The translations under genes and the position numbers were made by a program. Below are positions 42,533 to 57,872 of a stretch of 64,000 nucleotides of DNA, one piece after another. The DNA is from Octopus vulgaris (taxonomy: Eukaryota). Below the pieces are notes generated by a model. The model worked only from the letters and a program-made list of their open reading frames with translations. It made no database searches and was not told the origin of the DNA. The stretch lies in contig OX597819.1 in NCBI GenBank assembly GCA_951406725.2, positions 11,532,001 to 11,596,000 on the forward strand, read 5' to 3'. Positions within the stretch are counted from its first letter, which is position 1. Every line of letters starts with the position of its first letter.

Positions 42533-42879
42533 ACAGCCAGATCGGAGCAGATATTTTACACGAGGCACTTCTATCCCTGCCTCGGCAATATCTGACCTAA
42601 AATTTTCAAATCATCGCACTCGCGCCAAATTTATCGGCAGCAAATATAAGCCGCCGATTCCATTACGGAATTAACCAGAAAATTCATAATTAATCAATAT
42701 AGGGTGGCAAAAATTTCGTAGAATTTTTTTGCCACCAGCGGCCTAGTGGGAAAAAATTAAATAGTCATAGACCATTTATAAATTTGGCGCGAGTGCGATG
42801 ATTTGAAAATTTTAGGTCAGATATTGCCGAGGCAGGGATAGAAGTGCCTCGTGTAAAATATCTGCTCCGATCTGGCTGT

Positions 42880-42980
42880 TCTTACTGACAAATCTATCGG
42901 CCTATGGAAGACTAGCTTGATTTAATTTAATCAGGTTAGTTTGCCATTAAACAATAGATGAAACGGTGCATCGTATAAGA
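42880..42980 (+). ncRNA. Type-I hammerhead ribozyme, G8A variant (CTGACAA)
   Basis: Same fold as 42432-42532 with one core substitution. Confidence 0.7.
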
Positions 42981-43154
42981 AACTACAGGGTAAATGTTTT
43001 TTTAATTTTCTCCTGGTTTGCGGAATTAATGTTGTTTTGCGGTTGAAGCTTTGGCTGTTATTTCTAGTGGGTGAATGGCCTATTATGGCCGTTCCTTGAT
43101 TGTGATATACATATATATATATATATGTCAGTAAATATATCCATATATATATCC

Positions 43155-43191
<37 letters not shown>

Positions 43192-43198
43192 GAGAGAG

Positions 43199-43239
<41 letters not shown>

Positions 43240-43265
43240 CAAACATACATACATACATACATACA

Positions 43266-43309
<44 letters not shown>

Positions 43310-43313
<4 letters not shown>

Positions 43314-44916
43314 GTCATCCCATAAATAATGCGGTTTTTCAATTGCATGAACTAAAAGTCAGACGGGGACGGGATAAACTACCTGCATCAACTCGCTATA
43401 AAAGCAGGTAGTAATTTTACCTTCTACTTATTATTAGTGCAAATTTTGAAGAGTGCAGTTCGAGATTAACAGTTTTTTTTCAAAGCTATAATAGAATGGA
43501 CAACGGAGCATATTCGGCATATTGTGCCTTATATCAGTTCAATAAAGGCAACAACACAATGGAAAGTGCGAGGCATATTGATGCAGTGGGATGGAAGCAC
43601 TCCGTCGGTTACGACGACGAGGGTTCCGGTTGATCCGAATCAACGGAACAGCCTGCTCGTGAAATTAACGTGTAAGTGGCTGAGCACTCCACAGACACGT
43701 GTACCCTTAACGTAGTTCTCGGGGAAAATCAGCGTGACACAGAGAGTGACAAGGCTGACCCTTTGAAATACAGGTACAACAGAAACAGGAAGTAAGAGTG
43801 AGAGAAAGTTGTGGTGAGAGAGTACAGCAGGGATCACCACCATACCCTGCCGGAGACTCGTGGAGCTTTAGGTGTTTTCGCTCAATAAACACTCACAACG
43901 CCCGGTCTGGGAATCGAAACCGCGATTCTATCACCACGAGTCCGCTGCCCTAACCACTGGGCCATTGCACCTCCATTGATGCAGTATATGGGTATCAGAC
44001 AAGAAGCGTAAACCTGTGTCAACGGTGGTTCCAGAAATTCGAAAGCCAGAAACTACAGCCTAGAAGACGAGCCTCATCCTGGAAGATCTGTAGAGCCTGA
44101 TGAGGATGTTCTGCAGACCCTGATGGAACAAAACCCCATCGTAACTCTTGAGGAAGCTCGAATTTGGTCATTCAACCACTCATCGACACCTGCGCGTCAT
44201 TCGAAAAGTCCGTAAATTGGGTCAATGGGTTCCTCACAAACTTTCCGAGTCTAATTGCGCGCAGAGAGTGAATGTAGGCTCTTCCTCGCTGCCACGTCTC
44301 ACAAATGAACTATTTTGGAGCGAATAGTAACTGGTGACGAGAAATGTGTTCTCTATAAAAATGTCAAGCGCCGAAGATAGTAGGTAGGGAAAGAAGAAAC
44401 ACCGGCACCCCAGGCTAAAGAAGAGCTTCACCCACGTAAGGTCTATTACCCGTTTTGTTGGAGATGAAAGGTTTAGTCCACTTTGAACTGTTAAACCCAA
44501 ACCAAACGATAACAAAGGAGATCTACTGCGAGTAGCTTGAGTGGCTTAAGTCATCGCTAGAAGAAAAACGACCATCTTTGGCTTCAAGACGAAAGGTGTT
44601 CTTCCATCATACAGCGAAGATGACATTCCAAAGGCCGGGGCGGTTTGAATGGTAAACAGTGCCCCACCAACCATATTCGCCGGACATTGCCCCAATCTGA
44701 TTATCATTTATTCTGCAGTCTTCAAAATCATTTGGACGGAAAAAATATGAATTGAGCAGATGAGGACAGAATAGTACTAGAGGAATATACCAGATAGATG
44801 GAAGAGCATTGTAGAAAATGAAGGAGAGTATATCTTAGATTTAAAAAGAACCTTATTGACCTTAATTTTGAAAAATAAAAGAAGTATAAATAAAAACGCA
44901 TTATTTATGAGATGAC

Positions 44917-44920
<4 letters not shown>
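43310..44920 (+). mobile_element. Decayed full-length mariner transposon
   Basis: TIRs TTGGGTCATCCCATAAATAATGCG / CGCATTATTTATGAGATGACCCAA with TA flanks; WVPHKL, VTGDEK, PYSPDIAP and DYHLF motifs with stops and frameshifts. Confidence 0.92.
43588..43974 (-). mobile_element. tRNA-derived SINE with RTE-like tail, inserted in the mariner
   Basis: 11-bp TSD ATTGATGCAGT (43577 and 43975); head GGAGGTGCAATGGCCCAGTGG..GTTTCGATTCC; tail CGTCGTAACCGACGG. Confidence 0.9.
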
Positions 44921-44970
<50 letters not shown>

Positions 44971-44976
44971 CATATA

Positions 44977-45830
44977 CAGGGGAGTACACAAAAGTAACCG
45001 GAAACGTTCTCTATGGGACAAGCCCGTTGTAGTTCAGGGTCTCCGCCGCTAGTGCCCACTTGATGCGACCCTCAGGCATCAGTCTACCAACCGTCGTCGT
45101 CGACTGAGGTTGTACTGCAACGTGGTGTTTCTTTGTATTGCAGTGCTTCTCCTCTGTTTGTCGATTTTTGCGATGGCTGAAACGAAGGCACAGCGTGCTT
45201 CCGCGAAATTCTGTTTCCAGCAGGAAAAAAAGCCGAAACAGTTGTCATGCTTCAAACAGCTTACATGAGCAAAACACAAGTTTACGAGTGATTTTCAGGC
45301 TTTAAGAATGGTCACTTGTCGTTTGAGTAACAACCCCGTTCTGGGCGACGAATGAAAATATGAATATTCATGAACTGATCTTGGCGGACCATCACTGAAC
45401 AGTTGGCGAACTTATTAATATGATTGGTGTGTCCTAGAGCTTCTGCCAACGAATTTTGAGCGAGGAATTGCAAAATTTGTGCCTCGTTTGCTCACGGAAT
45501 ATCAGAAGCAGTCACGACTGAATGAATGTCGTGTACTGGAAGAACAGTGGGAAGTTGATCCGGACCTATTTTCGAAGCTCATCACTAGTGACAAAAGCGG
45601 GTGCTACGGAATTTGCAGATGTGGAAGAGGTGAAGAAAAAAAAAAGACGGAGGCATTAAAAGGCATTACTTCGCGATGGTTCCATCACTGGTCCGAATAG
45701 TGGAAAAGGCGTCTGAACAGATGCATTGCTTTAAATGGAGAATACTATAAAGGCGATAAAAGTGTAAACATGTAAAGTTAAGTGAATAAAATAATATTGC
45801 AAAATTCCGGTTTATTTTGGGTACCCTATG
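44977..45830 (+). mobile_element. Internally deleted mariner-like element (second family)
   Basis: TIRs CAGGGGAGTACACAAAAGTAACCGGAA / TTCCGGTTTATTTTGGGTACCC; AKFVPRLLT and ITSDKS motifs. Confidence 0.8.
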
Positions 45831-45868
<38 letters not shown>

Positions 45869-46109
45869 TGTAGGAGAAAATTTTTTTTTCGGGAAAAAAA
45901 TTTCATCAATGGCCAGCATATCAAAAAATACCTTTAAAAGTTAAATTTATAAATAATTTACAAGATAAGGGCAAAAGAAAAATTTAATGCCAAATATGCC
46001 GAAACAAAAATTGTCAATAACCATTATAATTTATGTGTCTCGAAACAAACCGATAGAAATTTCTAAAAAATTCGTTATTACCGTATTGGTCCAATTTCGG
46101 AGTTAATTC

Positions 46110-46212
46110 AGTACCAGTTACGCACTGAGGTCGATGTAATCGACTTAATACCTATGTCTGTCCTTGTTTGTCCCCTCTATGTTTAGCCCCTTGTGGGTAA
46201 TAAAGAAATAGG
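46110..46212 (+). mobile_element. SINE family B, 3' part
   Basis: Match to the family B tail. Confidence 0.8.
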
Positions 46213-46590
46213 TTGGTTGGTCGGTTGGTTGGTTGGTCGGTTGGTCGGTCGGTTGGTCGGTTGGTCGGTCAGTCGGTCGGTTGGTCGGTCGGTCAGTTGG
46301 TTGGTCGGTCGGTCAGTTGGTTGGTCGATTAGTCGATCAGTCGGTCGGTTGGTCGGTTGGTCGGTCGGTCGGTTGGTCGGTCGGTCGGTTGGTCGGTTGG
46401 TCGGTCGGTCGGTTGGTTGGTCGGTTAGTCGGTCGGTTGGTTGGTCGGTTGGTCGGTCGGTCGGTTGGTTGGTCGGTTAGTCGGTCAGTCGGTCGGTTGG
46501 TCGGTCGGCTGGTTGGTCGGTTGGTTGGTTGGTTGGTCGGTCGGTCGGTCGGTTGGTCGGTCAGTTGGTCGGTCAGTTGTTTGATCGGTC
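46211..46590. repeat. (GGTY)n compound microsatellite
   Basis: GGTC/GGTT units. Confidence 0.95.
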
Positions 46591-47186
46591 ATTTGGTTGT
46601 ACTCTTTTATCTTGCTCTCTTCTTGTTATTTTATCATTTTTACTTATGGCCTAATTGTTTCATTCCAAGTCAAACTCCAACCACGCAGGCCTTGATTGAT
46701 GGAATTCTATGTCACAACAATTCGGTATCACACTTGGTCATTACTTTTTGAGGAATACATCACCTATTGTATCCCTCCTTTTGCAAGACAGACGATAGGT
46801 TGTAATTTGTAGACGATTTCTCTGCTATTTTTAGCAAGTCTCCTGTCCCCGTTGGGCTGCAAATGCTGCCTTGAACAACCAACCCCTCTCTTATACTCTG
46901 CCACATCTGCGATATTTCTAGACCAAACAAGATACCATAAGAACTCAAGTACCACAGGAGCAGTTCTGATTAGTATAAAGGTCATAGCAGGAATGGATTA
47001 CTGACACTACATCAAAGAACATGGGGTTTTTTTTATCTGGGATTTTTTTTCGCCGCCCTGAGCACTTCATCTTTTTCCACAATGTCGAAAGCATTTCGTC
47101 ACTATTATCTAAATAACGTTAACATATAATTCAAGAGCCACTAGAGACTGCCCCCGCCACAAACACACACACACACACACACATGA

Positions 47187-47218
<32 letters not shown>

Positions 47219-47393
47219 ACACACACCTCTACAGCCAACTGAATGCGATGGTGTTAACACAATTCCTAAAAGGAACGTCAAGGAACAAAGAGATTTCAAA
47301 AACAACTCCGTCGTATTCTTCGTCTGAGTAAATTCCTGACCGAAGATTCCTGGCGTAGTTGCAGAGCCCCCCGGTTATGGATACAACAACAAT

Positions 47394-47426
<33 letters not shown>

Positions 47427-47650
47427 GACGACAGCAACAACAAATGCAATAATAATAATAATCGTTTCCACAAAGCCAGAAACGCCTGTTTGTGGGATGG
47501 GGCAAGGTACGGAGCGGAGTAGACGAACATACTCGACCCCAATATCTGACTGGTACTCTTTTTAATCGCCCCTGAATAGATGAAAGGCAAAATGCACCTC
47601 GATAGGGGTTGAACTCAGAACAGAAGGAACCGGAACAAATACTGCACAAC

Positions 47651-47743
<93 letters not shown>

Positions 47744-47759
47744 TTATAATAATGATGAT

Positions 47760-47972
47760 GATTTCAAATTTTTGCCACAACGGCAGCTTGGGGGAAGGGA
47801 TTAAGTCGATTACATCGCCCCCAGCACTTAACTGGTACTTATTTCATCGACCCCCAAAGGATGAAAGGCATAGTCGACCTCAGCGGAATTTGAACTCAGA
47901 ACGTAGCGGCAGACGAAATACCGCTGAGCATTTCGCTCGGCGTGCTAACGATTCTGCCAGCTCACCGCCTTA
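47760..47972 (-). mobile_element. SINE family B between (AAT)n tracts (older copy at ~47460-47650)
   Basis: Reverse-complement match. Confidence 0.8.
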
Positions 47973-47985
47973 ATAATAATAATAA

Positions 47986-48090
<105 letters not shown>

Positions 48091-48169
48091 AAAGCTCACC
48101 ATAATATTAACAATAATGCTGGTGATGATGATGATGATGATTTCTTTTAATTGCTACAGCAACGTCTGG

Positions 48170-49017
<848 letters not shown>

Positions 49018-49156
49018 TCATAGAATCATGTGGCTTTCACACAAAGCCCCTCTAATAGACTCGGCTAACAGACCACATAGTAATCCAATGTAGAGGTGTG
49101 TAATGCTATTGGAATCCAGGAGATCTAATCGATGAAATTATTTTATGAAGCAGAAA

Positions 49157-49330
49157 AGGAGATATGAGAGACTGATGTATTTATTTAACCACTTGATGTT
49201 CTTACGATTACGGCCGTTTCGCAGCCTTCTTCGTGTAATAATAATTTCAGAGTAAAATAAATTATGAAACGGATGTAATCCTAGTGCTGTCAAGTGGTTA
49301 AACAAAAATATACCTTTCTCATATCTCCAG
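49157..49330. repeat. Imperfect ~175-bp fold-back
   Basis: GGAGATATGAGA..TTTAACCACTTGA / TCAAGTGGTTAAA..TCTCATATCTCC; inner CCGTTTC/GAAACGG. Confidence 0.7.
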
Positions 49331-49440
49331 ACTTTATATGGTATGTATATTTGTGTGTGTGTGCGTGTGTGCGTGTGTTTGTGTGTGCGTGTGTTTGTGT
49401 GTGCGTGTGTGTCTGAGTGAGTGTGTGTATGCATGTATGT

Positions 49441-49493
<53 letters not shown>

Positions 49494-49615
49494 CACACAT
49501 ATATATATATACACACATATATATACATGTTCATATATATATATGTGTGTGTATATATATGTATATATACACACATACACATATATATGTATATATATAT
49601 ATATGTGTATATATA

Positions 49616-49699
<84 letters not shown>

Positions 49700-49949
49700 A
49701 ATACATACGCATGTGTATTTGTATATATGAATATATATTTATTCACGTATATGCATATAGAAACGCGCGCACGCGCAGAGACGTGAAAATAAAGAGAATA
49801 CTCTAGAAAGAGATGTAATGGGGTTAGCAGTGTGAATGCCCGGAATAGAAGTGGAAGGTGTTGGGGAAGGTGGTGGGTGGTGGTGGTGGTGGTGGTGGTG
49901 GTGGTGGTGGTGGTGGTGGTGGTGGTGGTGGTGGTGGTGGTGGTGGTGG

Positions 49950-49995
<46 letters not shown>

Positions 49996-50199
49996 GGCGG
50001 TGGTTGTGATGGGTGCAGTATGATAGTTTAAGCAAACTTTGCGATGAAGCTCAACGGAAGATTGCCTTGTGGGGTGAGGTGTCAGGAGGGGGGGTGAGGA
50101 TGGAAGTGTGTGTGGGGGGGTGACAGAGTAACATTTCAGAGACTTTTTTTTATGTATTTGACGATTGTTCTTGGAGACAGATTTGAAATGTCAGGGATG

Positions 50200-50232
<33 letters not shown>

Positions 50233-50389
50233 ACAGACAGACAGATCTAGAGACAAATAGAAGACGAGAGAGAGAGAGAACGTATGCGTGGGGGTAAGAG
50301 GGAGAGAGGTTGAGAGTAACAAGGCTTACTTAAATAGTGTGAATATACATGTTCATGTGTGTATACAGGTATAAAACACTTACACACAT

Positions 50390-50424
<35 letters not shown>

Positions 50425-50655
50425 CATATGCATGTATGTATGAATGCATGTGCAAACAGTTATACATATATATATATATGTGTGTGTGTGTGTCAGTGCG
50501 TGTGTTTGCATCTATATATACCAACTAATTAAAAAATAGTTTATTTCTATATGTGCATATATGCATGTACGTATGTATACGATACATACATACGTACACA
50601 CGTACATAATTATAGATACATACATACATACATACATACATACATACATACATAC

Positions 50656-50725
<70 letters not shown>

Positions 50726-51001
50726 TATATACATATATATATATACATATGCATGTGTTTATATGTATATATGTATGTATAAATATATATATATACATAT
50801 ATATATGAATACATATATATACATGAATACATATATATATATATGTATGAATGTATGTATGTATGTATGTATGTATGTGTATAATGTTAATACATGCATC
50901 CATACACATGTATATGTATAAATATACACATGTATGCATATATACGTGTAGGTATATAAATATATACACATATACAAATATATATACATACACATGCACA
51001 T

Positions 51002-51048
<47 letters not shown>

Positions 51049-51068
51049 TATATACAAACATACAAATA

Positions 51069-51115
<47 letters not shown>

Positions 51116-51129
51116 GTGTGTGTGAATAT

Positions 51130-51350
51130 GTTTGTGTGTGTCTGTGTTTGTTCCCCTAGCATTGCTTGACAACCGATGCTGGTGTGTTTACGTCCCCGTC
51201 ACTTAGCGGTTCGGCAAAAGAGACCGATAGAATAAGTACTGGGCTTACAAAGAATAAGTCCCGGGGTCGATTTGCTCGACTAAAGGCGGTGCTCCAGCAT
51301 GGCCGCAGTCAAATGACTGAAACAAGTAAAAAGAGTCAAAAGAGAAAAAA
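51130..51350 (+). mobile_element. SINE family A, 3' half
   Basis: Match to family A. Confidence 0.85.
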
Positions 51351-51353
51351 GAG

Positions 51354-51429
51354 TATGTGTGTTTGTATGTATGTATATATGTATGTATGCATGTATGCAT
51401 GTATGTATGTATGTATGCATGCATGCATG

Positions 51430-51463
<34 letters not shown>

Positions 51464-51955
51464 TGCATGTATGTATGTATGTATGTATGTATGTATGTAT
51501 GTATGTATGTACGTATGTATGTATGTATGTATGTATGTATGTATGTATGTATGTATGTATGTATGTATGTATGTATGTATGTATGTATGTATGCATGCAT
51601 GTATGTATGTATGTATGTATGTATGTATGTATGTATGTATGCATGCATGTATGTATGTATGTATGTATGTATGTATGTATGTATGTATGTATGTATGTAT
51701 GTATGTGTGTATGTATGTATGTATGTATGTATGTATGTGTGTGTGTATGTATGTATGTATGTATGTATGTATGTGTGTATGTATGTATGTGTGTATGTAT
51801 GTATGTATGTATGTATGTATGTATGTATGTATGTATGTATGTATGTATGTGTATGTATGTATGTATGTATGTATGTATGTATGTGTGTGTGTTTGTATGT
51901 ATGTATGTATGTATGTATGTATGTATGTGTGTATGTATGTATGTATGTATGTATA
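51354..51955. repeat. (TATG)n microsatellite, ~600 bp
   Basis: Directly visible. Confidence 0.95.
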
Positions 51956-52339
51956 ATTGTGCAGTTTATTTCAAGATTTCATGCCAATAGAGAAAGAGCC
52001 GGTTTCTAACCTAGATCCAAGGTTCCTTCATCGCAATTTCAACATCAAAGCAGGGTATTTTTGTATGTATGTATGTATGTATGCATGTATGCATGCATGC
52101 ATGTATGTATATATGTATGTATGTATATATGTATGTATGTATGTATGTGTGTATGTATATATGTATGTATGTATGTATGTGTAGATTTGTATGTTTTATG
52201 TATGTCTTCCCATGCATATAGTTGCATATCTAGACATGCTCATATATATTTAAATGATAAACTTCTGGAAAGTTTTACAGATTTTTACAGTTCCAGTGAT
52301 TGATTGGGCGTTAGTCTTCGAATTAGCTTTCTCCCTTTT

Positions 52340-54340
52340 TCATCGAATAGAGAGACACTGTTGACTGACAAATCTAACATCTTGAAACGATGGAACGAAC
52401 ACTTCGAAACCGAGTTGAACTCCGCCTCAGTCCCAAATGATGACGTCATAATGTCGATTCCACGGCACGCTGAAATACCGGAACTCTCTGGAGCCAACCT
52501 TCCTGGAAGTGATAAGCTCTATTAAACAGATTTCTTCTGGTAAAGCGCCTGGCAGGGGTGCCGTCCCTCCTGAAATCTACAAGCATGGTAGACAGGCGCT
52601 TTTTAAGAAATTGCATGACCTCTTCATAAATATCTGGACAGTAGGCCATGTACCACAGGACTTCAAGGATGCCTCAATTCAACATCTTTATAAGAACAAA
52701 GGAAACAGAAGTGTCTGTGGTAATCATCGTGGAATATCGCTTGTGTCATTGCTGGTTCTTGCTCGTCTCATTCTTGACAGGGTCATCAAACACGTTTTAA
52801 ATGATTTCTACCCAGAATCACAGTGCGGATTTCACACTGGTCGTGGCACTGTCGACATAAATTTTCCCCTTCAACAGGTTATGGAGGAGGTTCGTGAGAA
52901 AAATCAAGGTCAACGAATATCGAGTTGATCTCGATATTCGTTGACCTTACTAACACCTTCGACACTGTTAACCGTCAAGCCCTATGGAAAGTACTGAAAA
53001 AACTTTGGTATAACTGACAAGATGTTGAATGTTATCTCCTTTCATGAGGGAATGAAGGCTGCTATCATCTCTGGTGGGAAATCTTCGGCTTCCTTTGACG
53101 CTACAAACGGCAAGAAGAAAGGTTGTGTTATGGCCTCTGTTTTGTTCGCACTCTTCTTTTCAGTGATGCTGAGGTATGCTTTTGGCAACATACAAAGTGG
53201 TGTAAAATTCCAGTTTCGAACAAGTGGTGGACTATTCGATCATCAGCATTTCAAAACCAGAACACTGCTACGCACCAGTATTATTTGTATCTACTTTTTG
53301 CAGATGATGCTGCACTTGTAGCGACATCCTTAGATGAAGCTCAGGGACATCTAGACCGGTTTTTTCTGCTGCGTGCAAAGCCCTTGGTTTGACCATCAGC
53401 ATAAAGAAGACTGAAGTAATCCACCAACCTTGCCCTACGCCTAAACAAATTCGTAGAGGCCAACGGTTCACAGTTTTCCTGAGACTCCTCTATATAAGTT
53501 GATGGGAAAATCCTAAATTATGTGAAGTCATTTACATATGTTGATAGTAAAGTGAATTCGAGCGCTACCCTTGATGATGAAATCGTCAACTGTCTGGCAA
53601 AAGCAACCAATGCATTTGGCAAACTCCGTCATCGCCTATGGAATGCAAGGGCCAACAAACTTGACACCAAAAACAGGTCTATAAAGCTGCCATTCTTATT
53701 ACTCTCTTGTATGACTCAGAATCGTGTATAACCTATATACGACACATTAACCAACAAGACATCTTCCACAAAGACTGTCTAAGCACAATTTGCGGTTATT
53801 CACTAAAAGACAGAGTTTCTAATGCCGACTTGTTTAGCAAGTGTAAGATTGGTGGAATTGAGAGCTTCCTTATGCAATCACAATTGCGCTAGGCTGGCCA
53901 TGTCGTCAGAATGAGTGATGAAAGAATAGCCAAAGTCCTCATGTGCAGCCAGGTTGAGAGTGGACACAGGAATGTTGGTCGATCATGGCTCAGATATAAG
54001 GACAAGCTGAAGAGTAACCTCTTAGAAATGAAGATAGCTCACAACACCTTTGAGCGAACAGCTTTGGTACAAACAAAATGGAGATCGTTGTGTGAAAATG
54101 GTATTAGAAACTTTGTGGCAGCCAACATTAACAGGCTTCAGGGTGAAAGGCAAAGGAGATGAGCGGCTATAAATATACCACCTGCTCTGACCTGTAATCC
54201 TCATACTTGCAACATCTGTGATCTTCTTTGCAAATCGTTGGCGGGACTTAAATGTCACATTCGACATAAGCATTATGACTGACAAAGAAAGAGTACGTTG
54301 TCGGAGCCTCATACGTCGAAACCGACGGGAGAGTCCATCA
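52340..54340 (+). mobile_element. 5'-truncated RTE (BovB-like) LINE with frameshifted RT
   Basis: ILKRWNEHF, KAPG..PPEIYK, VPQDFKDA..LYKNKG..NHRGISL, PESQCGF, LFADDAAL, LRYKDKLK; terminal CGTCGAAACCGACG hairpin. Confidence 0.93.
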
Positions 54341-54369
54341 TATATATATATATATTGTTTGTATTTATA

Positions 54370-54720
54370 ATTGTGTAACATGTCTCCGTTATTTTTTGTC
54401 TTTGTTTCGTCCGTTTTTGTTTTTTTTATTTTTCATCTTCGTTTCGTACACATTCGCTTGCTTTCTCACAAAAAAATCTAATGCTCTTAGCTTAGACCTT
54501 TGATGGGGGTGGAGGCAGCCGGATTTGAACATTCTCAAGTGTAACTGTCCGAAACTGTAAGGACAATCTTAAAACTCGACTGAGGAGAGAAGGCCACGAA
54601 TGACCTGTTCTTGCGTTTTTTTCTTCTCCTATTTACTGTTTTTCCTGTCCGCCTTTGAATCGTCTATCTGTCTGGATGTTTTGTTGTCTTCTATTGCGTT
54701 TTTGTTCCATTTTTTAAATA
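54370..54720 (+). mobile_element. Short T-rich PLE-like element, family H2
   Basis: Homologous to 58905-59280 (CACATTCGCT.GCTTTCT.ACAAAA..ATCTAATGCTCTTAGCTTAGAC); ends at (TA)n. Confidence 0.65.
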
Positions 54721-54781
54721 TTTATATATACACATAGCGGCGTACGTACACTTTTGCTCACATTGTAAATAAGAGTATATA

Positions 54782-54836
<55 letters not shown>

Positions 54837-55221
54837 TATTTATATTATCATATAATTGAACGCCACATACATACATACATACATACATACATACATAGAA
54901 AAATGTATCTTTGTTTATAATGATCAAAATTTTGTGCTGTACATTAACACACTCCCTCCATAAAATCGACATGGCGTATACGTATGTACGTACGTATGTA
55001 TGTATGCATGTATGTATGTATGTATGTATGTATGTATGTATGTATGTATGCATGCATGCATGCATGCATGTATGTATGTATGTATGTATGTATGTATGTA
55101 TGTATGTATGTATGTATGTATGTATGTATGTATGCATGTATGTATGTATGTATGTATGTATGTATGTATATATGTATGTATGCATGCATGCATGTATGTA
55201 TGTATGTATGTATGTACGTAC

Positions 55222-55265
<44 letters not shown>

Positions 55266-55793
55266 CGTACGTATATATGTATGTATGCATGGATGTATGT
55301 ACGTTCGTATGTACGTACATATGTACGTACGTATGCACATATGTATGTATATATGTACATATGGTAAGTTATTTTGATGCCTATGCGAAGGCAATTTATA
55401 TTTGTTTGGTTGGAAGTGAGTATGTGTAAACATGGATGCTAGAAATTGTTAATTACTAAAACCAGAACATTGGGGATGGTGGAAATACGGAACATAACAG
55501 TTAGTAATAACACTGAAATCATTCCATGCGACCAATTTAAATCCATTATACTTTACTCAATACACGTCACCGATTATAATCGCAACAATTGTGAAAGAAA
55601 TTGTTTTTGTGTCCGTTGTCATGAAAATAACGCAAGCAACATATTTTTCCAAATGTAGCTAACACGACTACGTACGAAATTGACACACAGAAAGAAAGAT
55701 GGCAGAACAAAAAGAAAATAGGACACTATTATCGGCAGTGACGAAAAGAAAAACAAGACATTAACATCATATATAGGCGTAGTGTCATATATA

Positions 55794-55941
55794 GAGTGTG
55801 TGGTAAGTAGCTTGCTTACCAACCACATGGTTCCGGGTTTATTCCCACTGCGTGGCACCTTGGGCGAGTGTCTTCTATAGCCTCGGGTCGACCAAAGCCT
55901 TGTCAGTGGATTTGGTAGACGGAAACTGAAAGAAGCCCCTC

Positions 55942-55977
<36 letters not shown>

Positions 55978-56260
55978 GTGTGTGTGTGTGTGTGTGTGTG
56001 TATTTGTGTGTGTGTATGCATGTATGTATGTGTGTGTATATGTTTGTGTGTCTGTGTTTCTCCCCCCAACATCGCTTGACAACCGATGCTAGTGTGTTTA
56101 CGTCCCTGTAACTTAGCGGTTCGGCATCAGAGACCGATAGAATAAGAACTAGGCTTACAAAGAATAAGTCCTGGGTTCGATTTGCTCGACTAAAGGCGGT
56201 GCTCCAGCATGGCCGCAGTCAAATGCCTGAAACAAGTAAAAGAGTAAAAGAGTAAAGAGT
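55794..56260 (+). mobile_element. SINE family A
   Basis: Match to family A. Confidence 0.9.
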
Positions 56261-56780
56261 ATTATAAAACCCACAATATTTTCATAGGCTTGAAAGGGCG
56301 ACAACTGGCTTGTAAAATTAGTACGCTTTTTTTCTAATAAATGTGAGTAAATTCACTTAAAGACTTCAAGTGCATTTTCAGCTTCTTCTTTACAGCCACC
56401 CAGACCCACGTATACATATATACATATACATACGCATATTTATAGATATGTGAATGCGTATATTTACAAATATTTATATGCACACATTCATGCTCGCTCT
56501 GCACACACATATACACACACTCTGGCACTTACACAAAAGCATTTCTATATATGCACATACGCGTGTACCAGGATCTGCACACTCTACACAGGACTACAGC
56601 AGGTAAAGTAGCACGTAGTGAGATCGTACCCAGCAAGTGAAGTTCCAAGTCAAATAGAGGAAAGTTATCCGCAAACACACAACCATGTGAAATTGTTGGT
56701 TTATCTCATTTAAATATGCCTGTGCCTGCCTGTCTGTTTTTGTGTTTGAACGTATTCGTGAAGCAGATATATATATATAT

Positions 56781-56955
56781 ATCACCTTCGAAACACGCTG
56801 GAGTTGAACTAGGGACAGCTGATGAAGGGGATTTTTCCTTGTGTGGTTTGTTTTGTACTCTGTTTTTTTCGTTTAGGTCCGTTTCCACGTTTGTTTTTAC
56901 GTTTTCGTTTCTCGTTGAGTTCTACGTCTATTTGTGGTGTCCTGTACTCACGTAT
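56781..56955 (+). mobile_element. (TA)n-embedded short element with CGAAAC...CTGATGAAGG motifs
   Basis: Flanked by TA runs; T-rich 3' part like 31090-31610. Confidence 0.5.
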
Positions 56956-57036
56956 ATATATTTATATATGCATGTATATATACATGTAGATGTAGGTACG
57001 TACATATATGTATGTATGCATATATTTTATTTATTA

Positions 57037-57419
<383 letters not shown>

Positions 57420-57468
57420 CGCCCCACCACCGTACATATCTCTATGAGATATTTAGAAATTTAACATT

Positions 57469-57519
<51 letters not shown>

Positions 57520-57573
57520 TATATACATATATATATATGTGTGTGTGTATGTATGCATATATATATATATATA

Positions 57574-57611
<38 letters not shown>

Positions 57612-57734
57612 TATATATGTAAAACTTCCACTGCTCGAATCTTCTTTTACTCCCGTTCTCTTTCTCAATGTATGCATATATAAATATATACATACACGTG
57701 TGTGTATATTTATATGAATAGGTATATATTTTTG

Positions 57735-57769
<35 letters not shown>

Positions 57770-57821
57770 GTATGTATGTACATAAACGTGTGTGCATATG
57801 CGCAATGCTCCTTTGTATGTG

Positions 57822-57872
<51 letters not shown>

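Larger units (their letters stand above)
42203..43106. mobile_element. Penelope-like HHR element with A-B-spacer-A-B' direct/inverted structure
   Basis: A (~100 bp) at 42203 and 42687; B arms 42306-42634 and 42778-43106 inverted (329 bp); flanked by (TA)n. Confidence 0.85.

Noticed and set aside
45955-46025. Hammerhead (GGCA..TGCC-GAAA-CAAAAATT-GTC)
   Set aside because: The 3' half fits, but CUGANGA is unrecognisable (CAAGATAA); too decayed to call.
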